A program made the translations under genes and the position numbers. A stretch of DNA of 55,864 nucleotides, taken from an uncultured Candidatus Saccharibacteria bacterium (lineage in GTDB: Bacteria > Patescibacteriota > Saccharimonadia > Saccharimonadales > Saccharimonadaceae). Positions within the stretch are counted from its first letter, which is position 1, and every line of letters starts with the position of its first letter. The stretch spans positions 1 through 55,864 of the forward strand of contig CAZGXB010000001.1 in assembly GCA_964529615.1 (NCBI GenBank), in the 5' to 3' direction. Under the pieces are notes generated by a model. The model searched no databases. It was not told the origin of the DNA and worked only from the letters and a program-made list of their open reading frames with translations. This document shows positions 55,812 to 55,864 of this stretch, one piece after another.

Positions 55812-55864
55812 GGTCAATTCGTCAACTAAGTGCAACTCATAAGCGTTTTGGAGCTCGGAGTACT

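Noticed and set aside
17594-55864. Integron (cassettes with attC sites)
   Set aside because: No integrase in the window, cassettes are gene fragments in both orientations, and palindromes do not follow each cassette regularly

Overview
Chromosomal segment of a small-genome bacterium, most likely Candidatus Saccharibacteria (CPR/Patescibacteria). This is inferred from gene content and style, e.g. DUF5663-like proteins, a Cys-less NrdR and an IleRS with inserted domains. The backbone is housekeeping: fmt, def, priA, FemABX-family gene, recJ, rpsU, adk, map, ftsA, ftsZ, nrdR, ileS, rplU, P-type ATPase, parA, parB, rnj, CIRCE-clpC, clpP. The standout is a diversity-generating retroelement (DGR) at 1-4431: accessory gene, reverse transcriptase, Asn-codon-rich template repeat (TR), and the 3' end of a target gene at 1-83. 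It comes with at least 12 stand-alone ~170-185 bp variable-region-like cassettes (TATGTGCGGAGCGG ... GCTTTCCCCGTC), each different and each free of stops. They sit in mixed orientation in three intergenic clusters (between ftsA and ftsZ, after ileS, after clpP), among shared palindromic/TIR elements. The target gene's visible variable region is identical over 63 nt to one cassette 18.7 kb away, yet differs from the TR at many non-adenine positions. This suggests a DGR coupled to a silent-cassette archive (gene-conversion or shufflon-like antigenic variation). Other oddities: two CdiA-C-like nuclease genes and a DUF3800 gene, each with a promoter at its 3' end driving a predicted small RNA, and an IleRS with an in-frame palindromic insert plus an inserted LMW-PTP/ArsC-like domain. 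All alignments were done by eye; no database searches were run.
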